Below are positions 50,482 through 60,757 of a stretch of 64,000 nucleotides of DNA, piece after piece. Position numbers and translations under genes: made by a program. The notes below the pieces were generated by a model that saw nothing but the letters and a program-made list of their open reading frames with translations, was not told where the DNA came from and searched no databases. The stretch is taken from assembly GCA_963734495.1 (NCBI GenBank), contig CAVTHK010000011.1:320001-384000 (forward strand), read 5' to 3'. The stretch comes from an uncultured Spirochaetota bacterium (GTDB taxonomy: Bacteria > Spirochaetota > Spirochaetia > SZUA-6 > CAVTHK01). Within the stretch, counting starts at the first letter, position 1. Every line of letters starts with the position of its first letter.

Positions 50482-50505
50482 GGGCTCCGCGGCAACGCGG
50501 GGCCC
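50482..50505 (+). terminator. Intercistronic stem-loop with GNRA loop
   Basis: GGGCTCCGCG-GCAA-CGCGGGGCCC. Confidence 0.65.
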
Positions 50506-50537
50506 TCCTCTCATTTTGAGCGACGGAGACTCCCCTG

Positions 50538-51524
50538 ATGCTCAAGTACATCGCGCGGCGTATCCTCTACATGATCCCGACGCTGCTCGTGATCTCGATC
50601 GTGACGTTCGTCATCATCCAGCTCCCCCCAGGCGATTTCCTCACGTCGCTGGCGGCCACGCTTTCCTCGCAGGGAGTCGAGATCGAGCGCGGCCAGCTCG
50701 AGCTGCTCAAGAGCCAGTACGGGCTCGACCAGCCGTTCGCCGTTCAGTACTTCAAGTGGATCTCGGGCATCCTCCTGCGTGGCGACTTCGGGTTCTCGTT
50801 CCAGTGGAACCAGTCGGTGGGACGCCTGATCTGGGGCCAGCTCGGCCTCACCGTGGTGCTCTCGGTCGCCACGCTGCTCTTTATCTGGATCATCGCGTTC
50901 CCCATAGGGATCTATTCGGCGGTCCGCAAGTACTCGGCGGGCGACTACGTGGCCACGTTCTTCGGCTTCATCGGGCTGGCCACCCCGAGCTTCCTGTTCG
51001 CCCTCGTGCTCATGTACGTGTGGTTCGCCTGGTTCGGCCAGAGCGTGGGAGGGCTGTTCTCGCCGGAGTACAGCGATGCGCCCTTCAGCCTGGCCAAGGC
51101 CTGGGACTTCCTCAAGCACCTGGTCGTGCCGATGATCGTGCTCGGCACGGGCGGCGCCGCCTCGCTGATCCGCATCATGCGGGCCAATCTCCTCGACGAG
51201 CTCTCCAAACCCTACGTGGTGACGGGCCGGGCCAAGGGGCTCAAGGAGTTCCGCCTGCTGATGAAGTACCCGGTGCGCGCGGCGTTGAACCCGTTCGTGA
51301 GCACCGTCGGGTGGTACCTGCCCACCCTGGTCTCGGGCGCCACGGTGGTCGCGATCGTGCTGAGCCTGCCGACCACGGGGCCGCTGCTCTACCAGGCGCT
51401 GGTCTCGCAGGACATGTACCTGGCCGGGAGCTTTCTGCTGATGCTCAGCACGCTCACGGTCATCGGGACGTTGATCTCGGATATCCTGCTCGCGGCCCTC
51501 GATCCGAGGATCCGCCTGGGGTAG
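50538..51524 (+). CDS. OppB-type permease
   Basis: QLPPGDF, GDFGFS, YVVTGRAKGL, DPRIR. Confidence 0.93.
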   Translation: MLKYIARRILYMIPTLLVISIVTFVIIQLPPGDFLTSLAATLSSQGVEIERGQLELLKSQYGLDQPFAVQYFKWISGILLRGDFGFSFQWNQSVGRLIWGQLGLTVVLSVATLLFIWIIAFPIGIYSAVRKYSAGDYVATFFGFIGLATPSFLFALVLMYVWFAWFGQSVGGLFSPEYSDAPFSLAKAWDFLKHLVVPMIVLGTGGAASLIRIMRANLLDELSKPYVVTGRAKGLKEFRLLMKYPVRAALNPFVSTVGWYLPTLVSGATVVAIVLSLPTTGPLLYQALVSQDMYLAGSFLLMLSTLTVIGTLISDILLAALDPRIRLG

Positions 51525-51549
51525 GCGGGGTGACCCGCAGGAGCGTGTC

Positions 51550-52740
51550 ATGTCGGACCCCTTTGTGACCGCCCCCGCCACACCGCCGACGGCGCCGGCG
51601 CCGGTCCCGCGCGTCGGCGCCCCCCTCGAGACGCTCGAGGGCGAATCGCGCGTCGAGGTCGCGGGGCAGTGGCAGCTCATGTGGTGGCGCTTCCGCAAGC
51701 ACAAGCTCGCGCTGGCGGGCGCCGTGGTGACACTGCTGGTCTACCTGATCGCGGTGTTCGCAGAGCCTCTGGCCCCGTTCACCACGGAACGCTACCTTGC
51801 AGACTATCCGTACGCGCCCCCGCAACGCTTGAGGTTCTTCCAAAAGAGCGCGCAGGGAGCCCGCTGGAACCCGCACGTCTACGGCTACACGCGCAGGCGG
51901 CACCCCGTCTCGCTCAAGATCGAGATCAAGCCCGACCCGTCGGTGATCATTCCGGTGCGCTTCTTCGCGAAGGGCGAGCCTTACCAGCTCTGGAACCTGA
52001 TCCCGATGAGGCGCCACCTGGTGACGCCGGCCGACCTCGACGCGCCGATGTACCTGATGGGCTCCGATCGGCTCGGCCGCGACATCCTCTCGCGCACGAT
52101 CTACGGGGCGCGGGTGTCCATGTCGATCGGCCTCGTGGGCGTGATCCTGAGCCTGTTCCTGGGCGTGCTGCTCGGGGGCATTTCCGGCTACTACGGCGGC
52201 ACCGTCGACGACATCATCCAGCGCGTGATCGAGTTCCTGCGCTCGATCCCCTACATTCCGCTCTGGATGGGCCTGGCCGCGGCGATCCCGCTCACCTGGC
52301 CGCCGCTGCGGGTCTACTTCGCGATCACGGTGATCCTGTCGATCGTCGGCTGGACCGCGCTCGGCCGCGAGGTGCGCGGCCGCTTCGCCGCTCTGCGGCA
52401 CGAGGACTTCGTGACCGCGGCCCGGCTCGACGGCTGCTCGGAAATGCGGGTGATCTTCCACCACATGGTGCCGTCCGCGACGAGCCACATCATCGCGCGC
52501 GTGACGCTGGCCATCCCGCAGATGATCATCAGCGAGACGTCTCTCTCGTTTCTGGGCATCGGGCTGCGACCGCCGGTCGTGAGCTGGGGCGTGCTCCTGC
52601 AGGACGCGCAGAACATCCGCTCGGTGGCCACCGCTCCCTGGCTGCTCTTCGCCCCGGCGGTGGCGGTGATCCTGATAGTGCTCGCGATGAACTTTCTCGG
52701 CGACGGGCTGCGCGACGCCGCGGACCCGTACGGGACATAG
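51550..52740 (+). CDS. OppC-type permease
   Basis: GSDRLGRD, SLSFLGIG, GDGLRDAADP. Confidence 0.93.
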   Translation: MSDPFVTAPATPPTAPAPVPRVGAPLETLEGESRVEVAGQWQLMWWRFRKHKLALAGAVVTLLVYLIAVFAEPLAPFTTERYLADYPYAPPQRLRFFQKSAQGARWNPHVYGYTRRRHPVSLKIEIKPDPSVIIPVRFFAKGEPYQLWNLIPMRRHLVTPADLDAPMYLMGSDRLGRDILSRTIYGARVSMSIGLVGVILSLFLGVLLGGISGYYGGTVDDIIQRVIEFLRSIPYIPLWMGLAAAIPLTWPPLRVYFAITVILSIVGWTALGREVRGRFAALRHEDFVTAARLDGCSEMRVIFHHMVPSATSHIIARVTLAIPQMIISETSLSFLGIGLRPPVVSWGVLLQDAQNIRSVATAPWLLFAPAVAVILIVLAMNFLGDGLRDAADPYGT

Positions 52741-52747
52741 AGGAGCC

Positions 52748-53794
52748 ATGAACGCGATGTTTCTCGAGGTCCGAGGCCTGCACACCTTCTTCTTCACAGA
52801 CGAAGGAGTGGTCAAGGCCGTCAATGGCGTGGACTTCTCGATCCCGAAAGGCCGCACCGTGTGCCTGGTGGGCGAAAGCGGCTGCGGCAAGTCCGTCACA
52901 GCCCGCTCGATCCTGCAGATCGTCGACGCGCCGGGACGCATCGTTTCGGGGCAGATCCTGATGCGCCGCGGCGATGAGACTGTGGACCTCGCCGAGCTCG
53001 ACCCGCGGGGCGACGAGATCCGCGCGATCCGGGGCAAGGAGATCGCGATGATCTTCCAGGAGCCGATGAGCTCGCTCTCCTCCCTGCACACGATCGGCGA
53101 CCAGATCACCGAGGCGATCCAGCTCCACACGCCGATGAGCGACGCCGACGCGCGGGCGCGCGCGATCGAGCTCCTCGGCCACGTCGGGATCCCCAAGGCG
53201 GAGACGCGCCTCGAAACCTACCCGTTCCAGCTCTCGGGCGGCATGCGGCAGCGCGCGATGATCGCCATGGCGCTCTCGTGCAACCCGAGCCTGCTGATCG
53301 CCGACGAGCCGACGACGGCGCTCGACGTCACGACGCAGGCCACGATCCTCGACCTGATCCAGGGGCTGCAGCAGGAGTACGGCATGGCGGTCCTGTTCAT
53401 CACGCACGACCTCGGCGTCGTGGCCGAGATCGCCGACGAGGTCGTCGTGATGTACCTCGGCCAGGTCGCCGAGAGCGGGCCGGTCGACGCGATCTTCCAC
53501 GACGCGAAACACCCGTACACGCAGGCCCTCCTCGAGTCGATCCCGCGCCTCGCCACGAAGCGCATCCCGCGGCTCGCCTCGATCCGCGGGATGGTGCCGC
53601 ACCCCTTCCGCAGGCCGGGCGGCTGCCCGTTCCATCCGCGCTGCGACCGCGCGATCGCCGGAGCGTGCGAGGTGCTCGACCCGCCGGTGGAGCGGGCAGG
53701 GGAGGGGCACGCGGTGCGCTGCCTGCTCTATTCGGACGTGGAGGCGCTCAAGGCATCGGCGTCCGACGGCGCGCGGGCCGGAGGGGCGCGCTGA
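52748..53794 (+). CDS. OppD-type ABC ATPase
   Basis: [24 protein letters not shown]. Confidence 0.93.
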   Translation: MNAMFLEVRGLHTFFFTDEGVVKAVNGVDFSIPKGRTVCLVGESGCGKSVTARSILQIVDAPGRIVSGQILMRRGDETVDLAELDPRGDEIRAIRGKEIAMIFQEPMSSLSSLHTIGDQITEAIQLHTPMSDADARARAIELLGHVGIPKAETRLETYPFQLSGGMRQRAMIAMALSCNPSLLIADEPTTALDVTTQATILDLIQGLQQEYGMAVLFITHDLGVVAEIADEVVVMYLGQVAESGPVDAIFHDAKHPYTQALLESIPRLATKRIPRLASIRGMVPHPFRRPGGCPFHPRCDRAIAGACEVLDPPVERAGEGHAVRCLLYSDVEALKASASDGARAGGAR

Positions 53795-54820
53795 TGGCGA
53801 AGGGGACGCTGCTGGAAATCAAGGGCCTCAAGATGCATTTCGCCGTGCGCCACGGCCTTTTCAAGGCGCCGAGCGGCTGGGTGCGGGCCGTCGACGACGT
53901 GAGCTTCGCGATCCGCGAAGGCGAGACGCTCGGGCTCGTCGGCGAAAGCGGCTGCGGCAAGACCACGCTCGGCCGCTGCGTGCTCCGCGTCTACCAGCCG
54001 ACCTCCGGCGAGATCCTCTACACGGGCCCCGAGGGACGCATCGTCGACCTCGCGACGCTCGAGCCGCGCGAGCTGCAGCCGTACCGCCGCGAGATCCGCA
54101 TGGTGTTCCAGGACCCGCAGTCGTCGTTGAACCCGCGCCTCTCCGTGCTGCAGATCGTCGGCGAGCCGCTCTACGTCAACGGCGTGGCCCAGGGCCGCGA
54201 GCTCGAGGACCGCGTCGCGGCCCTGCTCGCCCGCGTGGGCCTGCGCCCCGAGTACATCCGCCGCTACCCGCACGCGTTCTCCGGCGGCGAGCGGCAGCGC
54301 ATCGGCATCGCGCGCGCGCTCGCCCTCAACCCGCGCCTGGTCGTGGCTGACGAGGCCGTCTCCGCGCTCGACGTTTCCGTGCGCGCGCAGACGCTCAACC
54401 TGCTTCAGGATCTGCAGAAGGACTTCAATCTCACCTATCTCTTCGTCGCCCACGACCTGAGCGTCGTGCAGCATGTGAGCGACCGCGTGGCCGTGATGTA
54501 CGTCGGCAAGCTCGTGGAGCTCGCCTCTACCGAGGAGCTCTATTTCCGGCCGCACCACCCGTACACCGAAGCGTTGATGTCCGCGGTCCCCCGGCCCGAC
54601 CCGCGCGGCCGCCGCAAGGGCAGCCGCATCCGCCTCGAAGGCGAGGTCGCGGACCCCGCGCACCCACCCTCCGGCTGCTACTTCCACCCGCGCTGCCGCT
54701 ACGCCGAGGAGCGCTGCCGCGCCGAGGCGCCGCCGCTCGCTCGACGTCGGCGGCGGCCACTGGGCGGCCTGCCACTTTGCCGGCGAGCTCGCGCTCAAGG
54801 GCGTCGCGGACCAGACATAA
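53794..54820 (+). CDS. OppF-type ABC ATPase (frameshift near 54740)
   Basis: [31 protein letters not shown]-terminus in an alternate frame ending TAA 54820. Confidence 0.9.
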
Positions 54821-54842
54821 CATGGAGGACAGGAGGAGTAGA

Positions 54843-57045
54843 ATGAAGAAGGCCGCCGCCAGGAAGCCCCCTCGCAAACCCGTCGCGCAAAGCGGCGGCG
54901 AAGCCCGCGCGCAAGCCCGCGCGCGGGCCCGCGGCATCTTTCGCCAACCCTTTCGAGCGCGCCATGCGCTGGGCTCAGCTCACGCTCGTGGAGAACGATC
55001 CCGGCCGCTTCGACCCCGACTTCTGGCTGGATTACTTCCGCCGCACGCACTCCGACGGCGCGGTCCTCTCGGCCGCCGGCTACATGTGCTACTACCCGAC
55101 GAAGATCCCCTTCCACCACAGGAGCCGCTGGATGGGCGAAAGCGACCCGTTCGGCTACCTCGTCGCGGGCTGCCGCCGCATGGGCATGGCGGTGATCGCG
55201 CGCTCCGACCCGCACGCGATGCACCAGGACGCGTACGAGGCGCACCCGGAGTGGGCGCACCGCAAGGCCGACGGCTCCGCCTGGCGCCACTGGGCCATGC
55301 CGGAGCTCTGGGTCACGTGCGCGCTCGGCCCGTGCAACTTCGACTTCATGACGCAGGTGCATCGCGAGCTCGCTGGTCTCTACGATATCGACGGCATCTT
55401 CTCCAACCGCTGGCACGGCCACGGCGTCTGCTACTGCGAGAGCTGCCGGCGCCTCTTCCGCGAGGCGAGCGGCCGCGAGATCCCCACGACGCCGCACGAC
55501 CCGCGCGACGAGGCCTGGAAGGCGTACGAGGTGTTCAAGGAGAACCGCCTCTTCGAGCTCTGCGCCGTCTGGGACAAGGCCATAAAAGAAGTGCGCCCCT
55601 CCGCGAGCTACATCCCCAACAGCGGCGGCGGCGCGCTCAGCCGCCTCGACATGAAGCGGCTCGGCTCGCTCGTGCCGATCCTGTTCGCCGACCGCCAGGG
55701 GAGGCGTGGCGTCATGGCGCCGTGGGCCAACGGCCAGTGCGCCAAGGAGTACCGCGGTGGCCTCGGCGACAAGCCGATCGGAGGCATCTTTTCCGTCGGC
55801 GCGGGCGAAGAGTACCGCTGGAAGGACTCGACCGAGAGCCCGGCCGAGCTGCGGATATGGGCGCACGACGGCATCGCGCACGGCATGCGGCCGTGGTTCA
55901 CGAAGTTCCGCGGCGTGATCCCGGACCGCCGCTGGCTCAAAGTGGTCGAGGAGATCTACGGCTGGCACCACCGCGCCGAGCGCTACCTGCGCAACAAGCG
56001 CAACCTCGCGCGCGTGGCTATCGTGTACTCGCAGCAGACCGGCGCGTTCTACGGCGGCCCCGAGGGCGTTGCGCCCGACGCGCGCAAGTGGGTCGAGCAG
56101 CCGATCGACGGCTTCTACCAGGCGCTCGTGGAGGCGCGCATTCCCTTCGAGATGCTGCACGAGGGCTACCTCGACGAGGCGCACGTCGCGGGCTTCCGCA
56201 CGCTGATCCTGCCGAACACGGCGGCCCTTTCGGCGAGCCAGTGCGAGCAGATACGCGCCTTCGCGCGCAGAGGCGGCAGCGTGGTCGCCACGTTCGAGAG
56301 CTCGCGCTACGACGAGCGCGGGCACCGGCGCGCGGACCTCGGCTTGAGCGACCTCTTCGGCGTGCGCGCGGCCGGCGAGGTCGAGGGCCCGCTGCGGAAC
56401 TCCTACCTTCGCATCCACCCCTACGCCGAGTCGGGCCCGCTGCTCGCCGGGCTCGAGGATGCCGAGCGCATCGTCAACGCCGTGCACAGGCTGCCGGTCG
56501 AGCCGACGAAAGCCTTCAATTTCAAACCCGTGACATTTGTTCCTCCGTACCCGGACCTTCCCATGGAAGAAGTCTACCCGCGCGAGGAGGACTCGGGTCA
56601 CGCGGAGCTGTACTTGCGCGAGCTCGAGGGCGGCGGCCGCGTCGCCTACTTTTCGAACGACATGGACCGCACGTTCGCGGAGCTGCTCGTCGCGGATCAC
56701 GGCAGGCTGCTCGCCGGCGCGGTGGCGTGGGCGGCGAACGAGACGCCGCCGGTCGTCGTGCGCGGGCCGGGGTTCCTGGACGTCGCGGTGTGGGAGCAGG
56801 AGCAATCGCTCACCGTGCACATCGTCAACATGACGAACCCGATGGCCATGCGCGGCAGCTTCCGCGAGCTCTACCCGGTCGGCCCGCTCGAGGTGGACCT
56901 GGCCGTTCCCGCGGGCAGGCGCGCCGCGGGCGTGCGGCTGCTCACGGCGGGCGGAGCGCCTGCGCACCGCGCCTCACGCGGCCGGCTGCGCGTGACCGTG
57001 CCCCTCGTCGCGTGCCACGAGGTCGTCGCGGTCGACCTGGAGTAG
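54843..57045 (+). CDS. Putative glycoside hydrolase (GHL6-like) with beta-galactosidase trimerisation/GATase-like domain; intact ORF 54964-57045
   Basis: MRWAQL, YYPTKIP.H, HPEW, DGIFSN, CYCESC, LILPN; AGGAGG RBS before ATG 54843 implies an N-terminal frameshift. Confidence 0.75.
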
Positions 57046-57141
57046 CGCACGCCGCTCCGTCGACGGCTGCGGCCACGCGTGCTACCATGAGCGCACTGCC
57101 GGCGGGGCCTGGTGTGCGTCCCCGCGTCAAAGGAGAAACTC

Positions 57142-58368
57142 ATGGAGAAGCTGGCGATCCAGGGAGGGCCGCGGGCCAAGGGGAAACCGTTCCCGCCGTG
57201 GCCGATGTTCGACGACGCGGAACGGAAGGCGCTCGCGGATGTTCTGGAGAGCCGGGTGTGGTGGAGGACGCCGGGGACCCAGACGCTCGCCTTTGAGCGC
57301 GAGTTCGCCGATTCCCAGGGCGCGCGCTTCGGCATAGCGGTCACGAACGGCACCGCCGCGATCGAAGTCCCGATCGCCGCGCTCGGCATAGGCCGGGGGG
57401 ACGAGGTCATCGTCCCCGACTACACCTTTGTCGCGACGGCGAGCGCCGTGATGTCCACCGGAGCCCTGCCCGTCTTGGTGGACGTCAGGCCCGACACGTA
57501 CTGCATCGACCCCGACCTGGTGGAGGCGGCCATAGGCGAGCGCACCAAGGCGATCATCGCCGTGCACATGGGAGGCCACCCGGCGGATCTCGATCGCCTG
57601 ACGGCGATCGCCTCGGCCCATAAGCTGGCGCTGATCGAGGACTCCGCTCACGCCCATTCCAGCCGCTGGAGAGGGAAAGGCGTCGGCACCTTTGGGATTG
57701 CGGGCACCTTCAGCTTCCAGGCGAGCAAGCTCATGACCGCGGGCGAAGGCGGAGCCATCCTGACGAACGACGCGGACTTCGAACGGGTGGCCCGGTCGGT
57801 GCACGACTGCGGCCGCATGCCCGGCAAATGGTTCTACGATCACTTTATCTACGCCTCCAACTTCAGGTTGTCCGAGTGGCAGGGGGCCATCCTGCGGGTC
57901 CAGCTCTCCCGCCTGGCCGAGCAGACCGAGAGACGGTTCAGGAACGCGCGCCTGCTGGATTCGCTGCTCTCCCGGATTCCCGGCATCACGCCGCAGATCC
58001 TGGACCCCCGCTGCACGCACAACGGGCATTACGCCTACATCTACGACTGGGACTCTCCGCAATTCGCCGGCATCTCCCGCGAGCGGTACATCGAGGCTCT
58101 GGCGGCCGAAGGGATTCCCGACCAGGCGAGCTATCCTCCCGTTCACGCCCTGGACCTGTTCCGCGGCGAAGCGCTGGGCGGCCGGATCGGCCGCGAGGCC
58201 CTGCCCCGCATGAAGAAGATGCTGGCCGGGCCCTTTACCAACTCCGATCGAGCGGCGACCCGGTCGGTGTGGATCCCGCAGCCCGCGCTCCTGGGCGATG
58301 AGGAGGACATGCACGAGATCGCGGCCGCGATCCGCAAGATCCAGGAGAACGCTCGGGAGCTGCGGTAG
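57142..58368 (+). CDS. DegT/DnrJ/EryC1/StrS PLP aminotransferase (RifK/BtrR-like)
   Basis: LAIQGG..PWP, GDEVIVP.YTF.AT, IEDSAHA, FSFQASKLMTAGEGG. Confidence 0.92.
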   Translation: MEKLAIQGGPRAKGKPFPPWPMFDDAERKALADVLESRVWWRTPGTQTLAFEREFADSQGARFGIAVTNGTAAIEVPIAALGIGRGDEVIVPDYTFVATASAVMSTGALPVLVDVRPDTYCIDPDLVEAAIGERTKAIIAVHMGGHPADLDRLTAIASAHKLALIEDSAHAHSSRWRGKGVGTFGIAGTFSFQASKLMTAGEGGAILTNDADFERVARSVHDCGRMPGKWFYDHFIYASNFRLSEWQGAILRVQLSRLAEQTERRFRNARLLDSLLSRIPGITPQILDPRCTHNGHYAYIYDWDSPQFAGISRERYIEALAAEGIPDQASYPPVHALDLFRGEALGGRIGREALPRMKKMLAGPFTNSDRAATRSVWIPQPALLGDEEDMHEIAAAIRKIQENARELR

Positions 58369-58450
58369 GGTACGACGCCCGGGCCAGGCTCTATCGCTTT
58401 CGCGGCAAGGGTGTCGCAGGCGGTCCGCGGGCGACCGATGGGTGGCAGCG

Positions 58451-58478
58451 TTGACAACTGGTCGAAGCGTTGTATGCT
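58451..58478 (+). promoter_or_regulatory. Sigma70-like promoter
   Basis: TTGACA(58451-58456)-16-TATGCT(58473-58478). Confidence 0.65.
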
Positions 58479-58528
58479 TTCCGAAGGCGCTACGGCGCCG
58501 CCGCAGAATAACAGGTTGGAGGTGCCCG

Positions 58529-59816
58529 ATGAAACGAGCGTTGGTTCTCTTGTTCGCGCTGGCCCTCACCGCGGGGCTGTGCTGGGCTGGAGGAGGCCAG
58601 GAGTCGTCGACTGCCCCCATCAAGCTTCTTCACTATGGGCACACTCAGCCGCCCTACGACGGCCTCATCGCCAGGAACATAAAGACCTTCATGTCCAGTC
58701 ATCCCAACATCACCGTGGAGTACGTGGTCTTTGCCGACCCGGACCTGCTGAACAAGGTCCAGACGGCCATGGCGGGCGGTCAGGCGCCTGACTCGTTCAC
58801 CCTTTCCGGCGCGTCGGCTCCCGTGTTCCTGGAGAAGGGCCTTCTGGCCAGGATCGATCCCGCGGGGTTCGGCAAGAAGACCGTGCAGGAAGTCGTCGAC
58901 ATGTGGCAGGAAGGCTCGATCAAGGCGGCAGGCGGCTTCTTCAAGGGCGAGTACTACGGCATCCCCTATGAGCTGAGCAATTACTGCGCCTGGCTCAACA
59001 AGGAGCACTTTGTAGCAGGCGGGGCTCGACCCGGAGGCTGCCACACGCTCGACCTGGGAGCAGTTCACCGCCGCCGGCAAGAAGCTCACCGTGGATGTGG
59101 GCGGCGTGCGCAAGCGCAACGGATTCGGCGTCAATTTCAAGACCGCCGGATTCGTGGTCAACGTGAGCTACCCGATGCTCTACGGGGCCGGCGCGGGACT
59201 GGTCAACGACACGGTCAGCCAGGGGCTTCTCGATCAGCCGGGGGCGGCGCGGGCAGTGACGACCCTCACGGACTGGATCCTCAAGGACAAGATCTGGGAC
59301 CCGGGCCTGGTCACCGACGACCGCGAGGGGTTCGGCAACGGGCTGCTGTCCATGTTCCTGACGGGGGGCGCCTGGTATTGGGGGACGATGAAGTCTCAGT
59401 ACCCGAACATGTACGACAAGGCGAAGGTCGTCCCCTACCCCAGGTACGCGGACGGAAAGGACTTCGGGGGCATAGGCTACGGCTACGCCACGTACGTGAC
59501 CAAGAGCGGGAAGCACCAGAAGGAAGCGTGGATGGTGGCGGATGCCATCGCCTCCACGCCGGATGACTTTATCAAGAACGGGCTGTTCCAGCCGCGCAAG
59601 GGCTACAGCGAGCAGGCCGCCAAGGACGCGCTTCCGAGCTGGGACATCTTCGGCGCGGAGCTCAAGCACGCTTCCCCGCGGCCGCTGACCATGTACTACA
59701 AGGAGATCACGGACACCTACTTCAAGGCGCTGTCCGAGATCGTCTACGACAAAAAGGGCGTCGCGCAGGCGTTGCAGGAAGCAAACACCAAGATCAACTC
59801 CATCATCAAGCAGTAG
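58529..59816 (+). CDS. Carbohydrate ABC substrate-binding protein (frameshifts near 59010-59050)
   Basis: GGAGG RBS, CWA/GGGQE, GQAPD, YYGIP; C-terminal half in ORF 59091-59816. Confidence 0.85.
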
Positions 59817-59825
59817 TCGCTTCGC

Positions 59826-59854
59826 CGTGGGTGCGCGGTTGCCGCGCACCCACG
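59826..59854 (+). terminator. Intercistronic stem-loop
   Basis: CGTGGGTGCGCGG-ttg-CCGCGCACCCACG, 13-bp perfect stem. Confidence 0.7.
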
Positions 59855-59883
59855 CTGCCATCCGGACCCCGGAAGCAGGAGCC

Positions 59884-60753
59884 ATGCGCGCGCGCAACGT
59901 CAACAACGCCGGCTACTGGTTCGTCCTGCCGACGTTCGCCCTGTTCATCGTGTTCCTCATCCTGCCGATGGCCAATGCATTCCGCCTCAGCCTGTACAAG
60001 TGGGACCTGCTGGGGCCGAAGCTCTGGGTCGGCTTCAAGCAATACCGGCTGCTGCTCGCAGACAAAGAGTTCGTGCATTCCTGGGTCCGGACTCTCTACT
60101 TCACGCTGATCAGCGCGACGCTGCTCGTCGTGCTCTCTTTCGTCTTCGCTCTGCTGGTGGACAGCCGCCGATTGCGCGTGCGGGGGCTCTTTCAGGCCGC
60201 CTACTTCCTCCCCGTCGTCCTGGTGACGCCGGCGGTCGCCGTGGTCTGGAAGCTCATGTTCCAGACCACGGGCATCCTGAACGCGGTAGTTTCGGGGCTC
60301 TTCGGCACGACCGTGGCCTGGCTGGACAACAAGGACATCGCCCTGTACTCCATCATCCTGGTCCAGCTCTGGATCTCGGTGGGATACTACATGGTGATGT
60401 TCATAGCGGGGCTGCAGAACATCCCGATGGAATACCACGAGTCGGCGATGATGGACGGCGCTTCGTGGCTCAAGCGGCTCTTCTCCATCACCGTCCCGCT
60501 GCTGCGGCCGACGGTCGTGCTGGTGCTCGTCACGTGCATCATCTTCGTGTTCGGGCAGTTCCCCATTCCTTTCATCATCTCTCAGGGCGGCCCCAACTAC
60601 TCGACCGAGCTTCTGACGCTGTTCATCTACAGGAATGCCTTTGGATACCTCAAGATCGGCTATGCCTCGGCCGCGTCGGTCTGCTACTTTCTGACCATGC
60701 TTGTCTTTTCCGTCGCTCAGATCCGCATCTTCCAGTCCAGGGACGAAAGGTGA
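59884..60753 (+). CDS. Carbohydrate ABC permease
   Basis: ESAMMDGA, GGPNYST, IGYASA. Confidence 0.92.
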   Translation: MRARNVNNAGYWFVLPTFALFIVFLILPMANAFRLSLYKWDLLGPKLWVGFKQYRLLLADKEFVHSWVRTLYFTLISATLLVVLSFVFALLVDSRRLRVRGLFQAAYFLPVVLVTPAVAVVWKLMFQTTGILNAVVSGLFGTTVAWLDNKDIALYSIILVQLWISVGYYMVMFIAGLQNIPMEYHESAMMDGASWLKRLFSITVPLLRPTVVLVLVTCIIFVFGQFPIPFIISQGGPNYSTELLTLFIYRNAFGYLKIGYASAASVCYFLTMLVFSVAQIRIFQSRDER

Positions 60754-60757
60754 GTGC

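Noticed and set aside
53728-56967. Very long antisense or alternate-frame ORFs (1079 aa here; also 7469-9949, 7161-9218, 10441-12282, 54777-57296)
   Set aside because: Shadow ORFs from high GC3 bias; Arg/Gly/Pro-rich, without motifs, and overlapping well-supported genes
57142-58368. Ansamycin or aminoglycoside biosynthetic cluster
   Set aside because: No PKS, cyclase, kinase or glycosyltransferase partners nearby
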